Origin: a virus
Taxonomy: Duplodnaviria > Caudoviricetes
Direction: 5' to 3' (one strand)
Virus record (IMG/VR): IMGVR_UViG_3300037484_000435
Location: 384,001 to 448,000 of that record
Length of the DNA: 64,000 bases
Of this stretch, positions 1 through 10,040 are shown in pieces (within the stretch, counting starts at the first letter, position 1; each line of letters begins with the position of its first letter). Under the pieces are notes generated by a model. That model was not told where the DNA came from. It made no database searches and was given only the letters and a program-made list of their open reading frames with translations. The translations under genes were made by a program, and so were the position numbers.

Positions 1-338
1 CTAAAACGACCCCCTCGGGAACGAGGAGTACAGTGATCCAACGTTAGATTTGACGCAGTTCCAGCCTTACCACAGTATTGACATTTATAATGGTCTCTCA
101 ATAAAATGTTTCTACGGGATAATTTCACCTGAAAACGCAAACTAACTTTTCCCAACAGCCTAAGGACTGCGGGTACTTTAAACGCACGGTTGACCGTACG
201 TACTACTCTGTCAGCATACTCTAGAACTACATCCACTTTTTCATTGAACATGAGTCTGAACGTTTGTTTTAATGATAATATTTTTAGTGGGGTGTAGTCA
301 TGTGACAACAAAAGACATGGGTGGGTTGAAGTAAACAT
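1..338 (-). CDS. HNH endonuclease (McrA-like), 3' end runs off the window
   Basis: Not in ORF track; hand translation from ATG at 338 gives MFTSTHPCLLLSHDYTPL...KVPAVLRL...SRRNILLRDHYKCQYCG...LTLDHCTPRSRGG. Confidence 0.85.
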   Translation of the reverse strand, partial: MFTSTHPCLLLSHDYTPLKILSLKQTFRLMFNEKVDVVLEYADRVVRTVNRAFKVPAVLRLLGKVSLRFQVKLSRRNILLRDHYKCQYCGKAGTASNLTLDHCTPRSRGGRF

Positions 339-632
339 CTACTTACCTCCGATTTTAATCTCCTCTGGCTCCTTCTTATCTTTGGATTTCTCAGTTTTTG
401 CTACTGCCTTTAATGCTTCAGCAACAGCATGTTTAACAATCTCTGACACTTCATCCGCAGTATAAGTTTTCTGCGGTGATTCTCCTTTCTGTCTCTGCTT
501 CAGACTACTCCACGCAGGTTGCCCAGGACCATCTTGCCTAGAGGGCCTATCATAGGGCTCCCCCGTGTCGTTTGGCCTGAAAGCAAAAAACGAACTGTCA
601 GCCTTTGCATCCTTAATGTCATTCTTCGCCAT
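339..632 (-). CDS. hypothetical charged protein
   Basis: 97-aa ORF coupled to its neighbours. Confidence 0.7.
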   Translation of the reverse strand: MAKNDIKDAKADSSFFAFRPNDTGEPYDRPSRQDGPGQPAWSSLKQRQKGESPQKTYTADEVSEIVKHAVAEALKAVAKTEKSKDKKEPEEIKIGGK

Positions 633-960
633 AATATACTCCTTTTAATATAGCTACTATGTCCTTCTCATGGACCATTCTAAATTCAATGGATTTCCCA
701 TTTACATCATCTAGAAACAAATCCGTACCAGCTTTCCAGTTGAAGATTACTACATCTCCAATGTGAACTTCATGGGGCATAAATAAACCTTCTCGAACAT
801 AACCTTGACTTACCGCTTCCACTACGCCTTGAATTGGCATGTTCTTAACATTATCTGGGATAATTATTCCCCCAGGGGACTGCTTCGAACTTCCAATAAT
901 CCTTATTAGGACCCCACCATTCAACGGAACGGGATTCACTGATAATGAAAAATCGCCCAT
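619..960 (-). CDS. groES: co-chaperonin GroES (Cpn10)
   Basis: PLNGGVLIR, SPGGIIIPD mobile loop, GVVEAV, VHIGDVVIF, VHEKDIVAIL; SD GGAGGT. Confidence 0.85.
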   Translation of the reverse strand: MGDFSLSVNPVPLNGGVLIRIIGSSKQSPGGIIIPDNVKNMPIQGVVEAVSQGYVREGLFMPHEVHIGDVVIFNWKAGTDLFLDDVNGKSIEFRMVHEKDIVAILKGVYYGEE

Positions 961-996
961 TGTTACCTCCTGTACTAAGTAAGTTAATTCTTTGTG

Positions 997-1902
997 TTAC
1001 TTACTATATAATCTCTCATATCCTACGGCTGATACTGGTAACCCATTGAATTCTAAAAAGGTTTCAACTTCTCCAGATTTGAGGTTGACAACATTAACAC
1101 CTCCAGATGACGCAACGAAAGCATGTCCCCAGTCAATACGGCTGTCATACTCCACAGCCACGGATAAGAGGTTTTTAGTTCCTGATATGACATTGTAATA
1201 ATTAACGAGGTCACTTCCATTTCTCACATCCAATCCAGATGTTGTAGCTAAGAATACTGTATCAATACCTTGATAAGTGTTCACGAACATTTTATTCAGT
1301 TGGGTGTCAGTATAAGGTATGGTCACATCCCAAGATGAAAAATCCACAGGCTCACCATATTTAATTCTTAACTGATTGCTTTCCGCAAGATAGAGAGTCG
1401 GACCAGGGGAAATGAATACATCTCTACCCTCAGTTGTTAGACACGTGAGATAATCTTCTGTTCCCGACTTTTTCCAGTACAGGCCAGAAGAAGTCAAAAT
1501 ACCCAAGTAGGAATCAAGGGAATCCACCGCAATAATGTTGTCAGAAGGCAATCCGCTGAGCGTAGTATAGGATTGGTAAGCTTGAGAAGATAGATTGACT
1601 GGTGACATTATAGGGCACTGTGCCTGTTTTACTTTATCCCAAGAAAGTGTGTAAGTACCGTTATTTAGGGTGCCCGCAATAACGTCACCATCAAATACAC
1701 AGGAACTAGTGACTTTGGAAGGTGTCATAAAAAAACTACATTCAGGAAAGATACCATCTAAGTGTAGATAAGGATTTATAATAGTTAGGCCCAACTCGGC
1801 CCCGCACAGGTATCTAGGGGGATAATCCACATTATGATACCATCTGATGTGGCTCACCTCACCAACTGCTAAACCAAGTGCTTTCCAGAACAGAAGTAAC
1901 AT
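997..1902 (-). CDS. beta-rich, possibly beta-propeller or virion-associated protein
   Basis: 301 aa with repeated hydrophobic strands ending in A-T/G-x-x-G-L. Confidence 0.4.
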   Translation of the reverse strand: MLLLFWKALGLAVGEVSHIRWYHNVDYPPRYLCGAELGLTIINPYLHLDGIFPECSFFMTPSKVTSSCVFDGDVIAGTLNNGTYTLSWDKVKQAQCPIMSPVNLSSQAYQSYTTLSGLPSDNIIAVDSLDSYLGILTSSGLYWKKSGTEDYLTCLTTEGRDVFISPGPTLYLAESNQLRIKYGEPVDFSSWDVTIPYTDTQLNKMFVNTYQGIDTVFLATTSGLDVRNGSDLVNYYNVISGTKNLLSVAVEYDSRIDWGHAFVASSGGVNVVNLKSGEVETFLEFNGLPVSAVGYERLYSK

Positions 1903-2327
1903 TAATCAGCCTCAGTTCTCCTAGGTAAAATAGTCCCCTCTAAAGGTGGAGTCTCAAACAAACGTCCGTCAGGATTAGATTTCACTGTAATCTTATTCAA
2001 GGCACCTGATCCAACTTGAGGTAGATTATTTTTTGAGTAAAGAGTTCCGTCTGGATTCATTACTGCCTTAACTTCTGGCCTTCCAAAACTTTTAGTTAAC
2101 TCATTTAAAGATGGCTCTTCTTGGTTAAAGGCATCTGGATGTGGTAAATCCATTGATTTACAATCTTCTTCTATAGTAAGTAATTTTCGCATTAAGTTTG
2201 CTATTTTTTTAATCATACGTGGTTGTTGTAGTGGTCCAGAATTTTCAGCCTTAACTATCATCTTCTTAACCTTACGTTTTAAAAAGTGATATTCAGCTAT
2301 AAGGTCCCCTTGTAATCTTCTGCTCAT
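1902..2327 (-). CDS. hypothetical protein
   Basis: 141-aa ORF, SD GGAGG, TAATG coupling to next gene. Confidence 0.7.
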   Translation of the reverse strand: MSRRLQGDLIAEYHFLKRKVKKMIVKAENSGPLQQPRMIKKIANLMRKLLTIEEDCKSMDLPHPDAFNQEEPSLNELTKSFGRPEVKAVMNPDGTLYSKNNLPQVGSGALNKITVKSNPDGRLFETPPLEGTILPRRTEAD

Positions 2328-2500
2328 CTCGATGGCCCCTCCTTCTTTCTTTTACTTAGTATCTAACCTACCTAAAACTGCGAGAGCTTCTCGGTGCTCT
2401 GTTTCTTATTAGCCTCGAACCTCTCAAAACGAATTAAATAAAATAAAAAAATCAAAAATTTACTAATAGGTAATAGCTAGGTTTTCCTGTTTGACGTCTA

Positions 2501-2530
2501 GTACTAATATAGTACACAAATTCATCTCTA
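2501..2530 (-). promoter_or_regulatory. class A promoter-like motif (divergent copy)
   Basis: Minus strand TAGAGA-TG-AATTTGTGTACTA, a variant of the motif at 2651, 13175 and 36115. Confidence 0.55.
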
Positions 2531-2650
2531 ATTAAAAAACTTTTTTACGAATATTTTATCTATCCGAAATTATTAGGAATAAAAATTTTTGGAACCTGCT
2601 TTTGATTCTTTTATCAAAAATTAATAAGCACCTATTTCTATTTAATAGGA

Positions 2651-2679
2651 TAGACTTAGATTTGTGTACTAGATATAGT
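2651..2679 (+). promoter_or_regulatory. class A promoter-like motif
   Basis: TAGACT-17 bp containing GATTTGTGTACTAG-TATAGT, directly upstream of SD and ATG at 2693. Confidence 0.7.
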
Positions 2680-2692
2680 ATAGGAGTAGAAA

Positions 2693-2869
2693 ATGAATGA
2701 AGGGCTTAAGTTCAACGAAATCTCAACCTTTGATAAAGCTAAATATATTAAATGTAAAAAGAGCCGCTTAATTTTAGGGTGGCTAATAAAAAATAAATGC
2801 TGGTTATTAGTACGTTACTACTATAACTATATTCACCGGAGATTTTTACAAGGAGGAAAAGAGTTTTGA
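2693..2869 (+). CDS. small hypothetical protein (58 aa)
   Basis: Not in track; SD AGGAG; MNEGLKFNEISTFDKAKYIKC...; overlaps next TTG start. Confidence 0.65.
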   Translation: MNEGLKFNEISTFDKAKYIKCKKSRLILGWLIKNKCWLLVRYYYNYIHRRFLQGGKEF

Positions 2870-3108
2870 CCACAATACCTGATTCTTTTGAGAATTATAA
2901 TAGTAGTATTATTGTTTGCCCAGAGTGCCAAACCATGTGCAATGACGATTTCGCTAAAGCAATCTTTGAGCCTATAAGTGGGATAGTCTTGGGATATATG
3001 CTTAGGTGCACACATTGCCGAAAGAAATCTTTCATTAACATGCTAGGTAAGCCACCCCTATTTGACCTGAGTGGCCGATATATGTTCTTAACAGGGAAGG
3101 AGGATTAA
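2866..3108 (+). CDS. Zn-ribbon protein
   Basis: CPEC...CTHC. Confidence 0.65.
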   Translation: MTTIPDSFENYNSSIIVCPECQTMCNDDFAKAIFEPISGIVLGYMLRCTHCRKKSFINMLGKPPLFDLSGRYMFLTGKED

Positions 3109-3115
3109 ATTATAA

Positions 3116-3874
3116 TTGCTAATGGATAATAAATTACCATTCGATATTGACAATTATCATAGAGTTTTTAAGAAATACCCAAAAAGTCTCATGCAAAGTG
3201 GGGACCGCGTATACGGAGTGTGGTTGATTGGCAATTACTATAAAAGAAAAGAAAATTTTCATGGAGAATATCCCCCAAGCTTTCTAGAAAGGATTTACGC
3301 CCTCTTTCCGAATAGAGAGAGCGTGCTTCATTTATTTTCTGGAACTATAAAAGATGGAAAAACATCAACAACAGTGGATATAAATCCAGACAGAAACCCC
3401 ACCATCGTGTGTGACGTAAAAGAAGTATCTAATTATCTTGAATCTAAATCATTTCAATTAGTTATTGCAGACCCACCTTACTCAAAGAAAGACGCTAAAA
3501 TTTACGGAGTACCTCTAGTAAATAAAAGACTAGCATTGAGGGAAGCCAGAAAAGTAACGGAGGATGGGGGAATACTGATTTGGTTGGATTTGCAGACTCC
3601 GATATATAGGAAAATAGATTGGAATTTATTAGGAATGATTGGAATCTCTTGTGGAACTAATAGGGCCTTTAGGGTAGCAACTATATTTCAAGCAACATCA
3701 GTTGAAGAGGAGCACAATGAACAGCTTGTCGAGTCTGGAGAGCAAGATTCGAAATCTAATGATTCAGATAAACGGGGAAGAAAGTCGCCTCTCTCAAGAG
3801 GTGAATACCACGAGACAAAATACCCCAAACAAACTCTTACAGAGAAAAGAGTATCTCAGCAGATTGCAGTCTGA
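3116..3874 (+). CDS. SAM-dependent (N6-adenine type) methyltransferase-like protein
   Basis: LHLFSG motif-I-like segment, VDINPD, CD, and ADPPY catalytic motif. Confidence 0.7.
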   Translation: MLMDNKLPFDIDNYHRVFKKYPKSLMQSGDRVYGVWLIGNYYKRKENFHGEYPPSFLERIYALFPNRESVLHLFSGTIKDGKTSTTVDINPDRNPTIVCDVKEVSNYLESKSFQLVIADPPYSKKDAKIYGVPLVNKRLALREARKVTEDGGILIWLDLQTPIYRKIDWNLLGMIGISCGTNRAFRVATIFQATSVEEEHNEQLVESGEQDSKSNDSDKRGRKSPLSRGEYHETKYPKQTLTEKRVSQQIAV

Positions 3875-3923
3875 GTGTCTATTGGTCATCGAAAAAGAGA
3901 TTTCGTTTTTTCAAAATAACTAG
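3717..3923 (+). CDS. small coiled-coil protein overlapping the MTase tail
   Basis: SD GAGGAG then ATG at 3717. Confidence 0.55.
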   Translation: MNSLSSLESKIRNLMIQINGEESRLSQEVNTTRQNTPNKLLQRKEYLSRLQSECLLVIEKEISFFQNN

Positions 3924-3969
3924 CCTCGTCTATAGGACATATATGGGAGTGGGACGCTTAATAAATTTA

Positions 3970-4108
3970 GCTCGCTTTGGTAGGGATATAAGGCGTCAGG
4001 CGAGCATTTAACAACTTGACTCTGGTGAGAGTAGAGTCAATTGACACCGAGGGCCAATCGTGCAGGGCCCGCACCGACAAGGGGCTAAGTCTCTCTTGGA
4101 GGCTTAGC
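3970..4108 (+). ncRNA. candidate structured RNA or leader with four hairpins
   Basis: Stems at 3970-4005, 4016-4040, 4051-4070 and 4084-4108; G-U pairs favour the plus strand. Confidence 0.4.
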
Positions 4109-4128
4109 ACAAGAGGAGGTAGATATCT

Positions 4129-4317
4129 GTGAGTTTAAATTATATTCCTGTGATTGAAAAGATTACGACACGTAATGGAGAGGAAAAGACGATTGAATGG
4201 AAAGGAAGAATAATTAATGTACACGGCTTCAAAGCCGCTGACCCTTCACGCGAAGTAGTAGAAGATGCTATTCGCACCCGCCTACAAACAGTCTTATTTA
4301 ACAAGACGGAGGTCTAA
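4129..4317 (+). CDS. hypothetical protein
   Basis: SD GAGGAGGT, GTG start. Confidence 0.65.
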   Translation: MSLNYIPVIEKITTRNGEEKTIEWKGRIINVHGFKAADPSREVVEDAIRTRLQTVLFNKTEV

Positions 4318-4658
4318 TGAAATACGTAAGAAAACACAAAGAGGTTGACGCTATAAAGCTAAACGAACCTGTTTATAGCAAAGAGGGTAAAGAACTGGCC
4401 CCTGCAGGGTATTGGTTAGTTACCGAGGGTAAAGAACAATATTATATGTCTGATGAGTCTTTTTTAACTGAATTCGAAATAAAAAGAGACATCTCTTGGA
4501 CAACAACGCAACCCCCCTACACTTGGACTCAGACCGCTCCCACGGATTCATGGCCTTTGGTGAGTAATGTAGACAAGGTAGAATATTATTCTGGAGATTT
4601 GCCACCAGGGCATTTTGTCTTTGTTTCAGATAACACAGAGGTTTGTACAAACCAGTAA
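4317..4658 (+). CDS. hypothetical phage protein
   Basis: MKYVRK...V.A...PGYWLV...YYMSDESF pattern; TAATG coupling. Confidence 0.6.
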   Translation: MKYVRKHKEVDAIKLNEPVYSKEGKELAPAGYWLVTEGKEQYYMSDESFLTEFEIKRDISWTTTQPPYTWTQTAPTDSWPLVSNVDKVEYYSGDLPPGHFVFVSDNTEVCTNQ

Positions 4659-4682
4659 TATTTGTTTAGGTAATTTATTATT

Positions 4683-5515
4683 ATGAGAAATCAATACGGA
4701 GAATTCACAAGGTGGACAGAAAATGAAGATAATTTAATAACTATGAATTATGCGAAAACACCTATAGAACACCTGTGTAATTTATTGCCAAAACGGACAA
4801 AATCCGCAATAAGAACTAGGGCTAAAAAGTTAGGAGCTTCTCTGCGGGCTGGGGAAAAACAAAGAATTTATTCTGTAAATGAGAATTATTTTGCGTCACC
4901 AACAATAGATAATTGTTACTGGGCTGGTTATATTGCCGCCGATGGGTGCTTACTTCATCAAGGTAACAGGAGAATGCTCACATTTTGCATAAAAAATCTG
5001 ATGAAGACCATTTACTCAAACTTAAACATCGTTTGAACTATACAGGTAAAATAGAGTATGGAAAAGCATCAATTAAAGGTTACGGGATATATGACCAAGT
5101 TCAACTAAGAATAAACTCTTCTAAGATATTGGAAGACTTGGGGAGGGTATTTAACATGGGACAACGAAAAAGTTTCACGCTGAAGCCCCCAAATCTAAGT
5201 AATTTACTCTTTAAGAAGGCATTTATAATTGGGTTTATAGATGGAGATGGTTGTATAAGTACAACTTTTTCTAACAATAAACATCATTTAAGGGTGGGGT
5301 TGGTAGGAACTAAAGATGTTTTATTATGGATTAAAAGTATTTTTGACAAGTGCTATCCACCCAAGGAACGGGTGTCTAACGTATTACCACACGAGGGTTG
5401 TTGGCGATACGCAGTACAAGGAATACGTGCTATTGAAATACTGACGGACCTTAATAAAGTTCCTATATATAAACTGGATAGGAAATGGAAAATAATTAAC
5501 AAATTTGGAGTTTAA
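4683..5515 (+). pseudogene. LAGLIDADG homing endonuclease with Myb/SANT-like N-terminus, split by a -1 frameshift
   Basis: WAGYIAADG in ORF1 and IIGFIDGDG in ORF2; frames join at the A6 run 4991-4996. Confidence 0.8.
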
Positions 5516-5516
5516 C

Positions 5517-6386
5517 ATGAAGAAAACATTGATGATAGGCATTAACGCCTATCCAGATTCACCACTTAACGGGTGTTTGTCGGACATCAGATTGATGTAC
5601 AAAGTATTAAAGGACATTTACGGCTATACAGACTTCCGAGTATTAGATGATCAGAAAGCCACAAAGAAAAACATACTTAAAGGTATGCAGTGGCTATGCA
5701 CGGGAGTCAAGAAAGGGGATGAACTGGTTGTAGATTACTCTGGCCATGGAACCCAATTGGCTTGCACAACTAAAACCGCTGGATTTGAAATAGATAATCT
5801 AGATGAATGCCTAGTGCCTTACGATATGGACTGGGAGGATCCTTTGCGGGACGATGATCTAAATCAATTTATAACAAATACGCCTAAAGGTGTTAAAATA
5901 TTATTTATTGCTGACTGTTGCTTCTCGGGAACTCTACTAAGAAATGGAATACTGCCACCTAAAGTAAAAAATCGTTATATGGCCCCACCATTGTACTCTA
6001 TTCTTACTGGGGAAATAAACCTAGATGAAGACCTGTGTATGATCTCATCCTCACGGAAGACGCGTGGTGATAAAACAGATGACAATAAAAGTATTCAAAA
6101 GTTACCATTTATTATACAGAGTACTGATCAGGGTGACGCGATACTTATATCTGGGTGCTCTGACAAACAGACCAGTGCTGACGCCTATATTAACGGGAGG
6201 TATCACGGGGCCTTGACCTTTTACTTAGCACAAACGCTGAAGGAAGCGAATTGGAATATATCTTACACCGACTTGGTCGTTAAAGTAAATGAGAAATTGG
6301 ATAGGGAACAATATGATCAGGATCCCCAGTGTGAGGGGCGTGCAGAATTTCTTGATAAACCTTTCCTTGGAGGAGTAAAAAAGTGA
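5517..6386 (+). CDS. metacaspase (peptidase C14)
   Basis: IGINAY...L.GC..D, YSGHG catalytic His, IADCCFSG catalytic Cys, SGCSDKQTSAD, GALT. Confidence 0.92.
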   Translation: MKKTLMIGINAYPDSPLNGCLSDIRLMYKVLKDIYGYTDFRVLDDQKATKKNILKGMQWLCTGVKKGDELVVDYSGHGTQLACTTKTAGFEIDNLDECLVPYDMDWEDPLRDDDLNQFITNTPKGVKILFIADCCFSGTLLRNGILPPKVKNRYMAPPLYSILTGEINLDEDLCMISSSRKTRGDKTDDNKSIQKLPFIIQSTDQGDAILISGCSDKQTSADAYINGRYHGALTFYLAQTLKEANWNISYTDLVVKVNEKLDREQYDQDPQCEGRAEFLDKPFLGGVKK

Positions 6387-6541
6387 CAGCCAATTATATA
6401 ATTTATGACCTGAAGGCCATAGCCGAGCAAGTTAGCAAACTCTTACCTGATTACACAGCAAAAGAATTAATGAGTTGGTCTATACCAGACATTATATGTT
6501 ACATGAGAGAATCTGGATATATAGTATATGGAGTAAACTAA
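6383..6541 (+). CDS. small hypothetical protein (52 aa)
   Basis: Not in track; GTGA overlap with metacaspase stop; open to TAA at 6541. Confidence 0.55.
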   Translation: MTANYIIYDLKAIAEQVSKLLPDYTAKELMSWSIPDIICYMRESGYIVYGVN

Positions 6542-7480
6542 ATGGGGAGCAATAAAAATACATGGTCTTCTGAAGAAGATTTGATCCTTAAACAGTATTA
6601 CAAGGAATTAGAGTATAAAAAAATAGGAGAGTTATTGGGGAGAACCACCTCTTCTATAAAAGCACGATCTTTAAAACTTGGAATAACAAAAGGACGCTAC
6701 CAGACTGGTATTGAACAAAAAGAATTAGAAGAGTTGTATAAAAACCATACTCAACAAGAAATATCTGATAAATTGGGGAAAACATTACACTCTATTGTTT
6801 ATTGTCTTGGTAAGTGGGGAATAGAAAAAAAGAACTTTGTAAAACCCCATTCATATTCTGTTGATCAAAACTTTTTTACTCCTTTAACAGAGGTAAGTTG
6901 TGCTTTCGCAGGTCTAATAGCGTCCGATGGGACAATAGAAAAAAATAGACGTAGGTTATCTGTCATACTACATGCCCGAGATAGGAAGTTTCTTGAAGAA
7001 TGGGCATATGAAATCAGATATACTGGTCCTATAAGACAGTATACTCAATTTTCTAGATTTTCTCCACCAGATGGCACCCCTATGGTAGCACTAACCTTGA
7101 ATAATGTGCCAGAGTATGTTTCATGTCTGGAGACGACTTTTAATGTTACTCGTAATAAGACAAAATTGTTACTTCCTCCGCATCTTACGGAACAAAACCT
7201 TATTAAAGCATATTTAATCGGACTGATAGATGGTGATGGGCACATTAGTAAACATAACAAATCACTACGCCTTGGTTTTTGTGGAACCCTAGCCATGTGT
7301 GAGTGGTTTAAGAAACAAGTATCTCAAATTTATGGGATACATAATGAACATCGATATCTAATAAACAGAGGAAACTGCTGGTCCTACGAAATAAACGGCC
7401 CTAATGCACGAAGCATCTTGCTTGATTTAAAACAAAGTAAAGTCCCCAAGTTGGAAAGAAAATGGTCAAAAGTAATATAA
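6542..7480 (+). CDS. free-standing LAGLIDADG homing endonuclease with Myb/SANT-like N-terminus
   Basis: WSSEED...LGRT..SI..R..KLG; FAGLIASDG and LIGLIDGDG. Confidence 0.88.
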   Translation: MGSNKNTWSSEEDLILKQYYKELEYKKIGELLGRTTSSIKARSLKLGITKGRYQTGIEQKELEELYKNHTQQEISDKLGKTLHSIVYCLGKWGIEKKNFVKPHSYSVDQNFFTPLTEVSCAFAGLIASDGTIEKNRRRLSVILHARDRKFLEEWAYEIRYTGPIRQYTQFSRFSPPDGTPMVALTLNNVPEYVSCLETTFNVTRNKTKLLLPPHLTEQNLIKAYLIGLIDGDGHISKHNKSLRLGFCGTLAMCEWFKKQVSQIYGIHNEHRYLINRGNCWSYEINGPNARSILLDLKQSKVPKLERKWSKVI

Positions 7481-7977
7481 TACTATATCCAGATGAGAGG
7501 TTATCAACAACATGCAATACTACCTTAATCGAGGAAGCAGACGATGTCATTGTCCTTCTAGAAGAGACACTTTCTGGAGGGAATGGCGAGTATTTAGGTT
7601 ATGGCTTAGCCAGCAATCAGATAGGTATTCCGAAACGTGTCTGTATAGTCAGGTACAAGGGTGCGAAAATGGACCTAGTGAATCCTGTGATTCGTATCCC
7701 CACCGAACTTACATCATGTAAGGTAGAGACAGAGATAGAAGGGTGTCTGTCGTTTCCTGGAAAAGAAATAGCTGTGCCACGGTATAACCAAATTATTCTG
7801 CGGGCGGACAATTTTGGGGGAGAAATTCATCTTAGTGGCCTATGGGCACGCATTGTTCAACATGAGGTAGACCACCTAGACGCGAGAGGTATATGGGATA
7901 CCATTATAATTGGTCGCAACGACCCCTGTCCTTGTGGGTCAAGTAGAAAATATAAAAAATGCTGCGGAGCAAAGTAA
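7462..7977 (+). CDS. def: peptide deformylase with C-terminal SEC-C motif
   Basis: [24 protein letters not shown]; [19 protein letters not shown]. Confidence 0.92.
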   Translation: MVKSNIILYPDERLSTTCNTTLIEEADDVIVLLEETLSGGNGEYLGYGLASNQIGIPKRVCIVRYKGAKMDLVNPVIRIPTELTSCKVETEIEGCLSFPGKEIAVPRYNQIILRADNFGGEIHLSGLWARIVQHEVDHLDARGIWDTIIIGRNDPCPCGSSRKYKKCCGAK

Positions 7978-10040
7978 TGACATTCCTAGAATACTTAGAT
8001 GATTTGGTCGATAAAGCACAAGCTAATGTAAATGATTATGAACACTTTCATGACAAACGTTTGGCTGATATACGTAATATGGACGCTACAGATTCTTTTT
8101 TGTATGGAGTTGCTTCTGGAAAATTAGAGGCAACCAAGAATTTGAGGGATTTGGTGGAAGAATTGATGATTAGATTTGAGGGACCATGAACAGTGGTCTG
8201 GCGGGAAAAATAGATTTTTGTATGTCGTGTAAACGTTTAGTGGATTACGCCCTAACAACAATACACAGACATCAACTATATATACAAATAAATGAGGAGG
8301 TTGAGGCACCTAATAATAGAGTCGCAATTCCTGTGTGTGAAAACTGTCAAGCAATGTTGAGGGAACACCTACCGGGGATAGATGGCTTTATAGTCGAAAT
8401 TCCACAATAATAAGGAGTCTTCCCATGGAACAAATGAATTTTTCTATTTCCACATTGAACGGTGTTATTGCCCAGAAGTTGAAATCGTTGGCTTCTGTTA
8501 CTTCGGCAAAAGATATTAAAGAGATTAACAGTTTTTTAAGAGAATCTCAAAGATTAAGGAAGACTCTTTATTCCATAGGTGATTTCACCGAGGAAGAGGA
8601 ATACGAAAGTAATGAAGGGTCCTATGTAGAAGAGACCGAAGACCTAGACTATATGGGGATTTTAATACAGATATGCGAATATGTCAAAAATTTTCATGCC
8701 GTAGTTGATTTTAAAAAGGTAAAGGAAACCAAGTCTCAGTGGCTTTTGGATGAATCCGCGGAGCTCTTATCCGAGCTACGTAAGATGTTCGGTAGCCGAA
8801 TACCAGTAATTCCAGGTTCCATTGAGGGAAGGCAAGAAGATGTTGTTTGTGCAAATGACGAAGGCGATGAAACAAAAGAAAAACAACCAAAGAAACGCAA
8901 ATAATATTGTAAACGGAGGTACACATAATGTGCTGTGAAGACGAAAAAAAGGTATCAGAGGACGTGAGAGTGATTCACGATGAATTAGAAAAAGCAGATA
9001 CATGGATTTTTGCTGCTCAGGAAATTCTCCGACCAGAAAATGAGGAGTTTGACCCCGACCCTAAAGATATAGGTAATATCGAAGTGGCTCTGACCTTTGC
9101 TATTGCTAACATAAAAGAGGCAATAACCCTGTGCCAGATTTACCGAGGCAGTAGAGAAGAACCAGTTAAAGAAGACCACAAAGAAAATGTCTATGAGACT
9201 TTAGGAGGTTTTTTGGAGCCTAAATTGCCTCCTTTCAAACAGAAAATAATTGATAAATTTACTAAAGTAAATACTGATACCGGGACAATATACTACCCTA
9301 CAGACGCCGAAGGGAAGCCCGTTGATTTTAGCTTTAGTGAGGTGAGACTTCGGGAGGCTAAGCAAGCACTTTCCGATCTGGAAAATAAAATGGAATTTTT
9401 AAAAGCCAATAGAAATATTGAGCACATTAAATTGACACCAGAAGAACTTAAACTTTATAAGGACCGATAAATGGAGCAGCTATTAATGATTGACAGATGT
9501 AAATTCTGTGCCTCTCCCATTTATTGGGATGATGAGCAATCTCGCAGACGCTACACCTGTTCATGCTCAGAAAAGAACTCCAATTGTTGTTCTGACGGGG
9601 TATGTGAAGGGACATGCTTTAGCGAAGACGAAGATGGTGGAGACGTAGGTTGTTAAAAAAAGTTATAAATATCGATAAGGCGGAGACGCATAGCTCCACC
9701 TTTAATTCTTTCAAATGTCAAAAATGTGGGGGATTTTTTAAGCCATTTAATCACTACTGCGAAGATTGTGGAACAGAAAGACCCTATACCTATTCTAATA
9801 AACTAACTCTTAGTCCATATAAAGGAATACATAATGAATCATAACGACCGAGTAATGAGATTATCTAAAGGAATAGACCAAGTATACGCAAATTTGTATA
9901 TGTGGCCACACTTAACTAGGTCCCAGCAAGACAAATTGGAAGCTCTTTACAATGATTTAACTTTCCAGTTTGTTAGAGCAAAGCGTTTAAAGCGTGAAGA
10001 GATAGAAAAGGAATTCAGCAAGGCCCGCGAAGCTCATTAG
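7977..10040 (+). other. run of coupled small hypothetical ORFs (7977-8189, 8186-8410, 8425-8904, 8928-9470, 9471-9656, 9650-9844, 9834-10040), several with CxxC pairs
   Basis: Abutting or overlapping starts and stops with SD sites. Confidence 0.7.

Noticed and set aside
1-340. IS200/IS605 or TnpB element at the left edge
   Set aside because: Translation shows an ordinary HNH endonuclease, with no RuvC motifs or transposase.
3940-3960. c-di-GMP-I riboswitch (GAGTGGGACGC similarity)
   Set aside because: The GGCAAA junction, GAAA tetraloop and CAAAG element are absent.
4450-4480. Hammerhead ribozyme core (CTGATGA...GAAA)
   Set aside because: Lies in a CDS and stem II does not pair.
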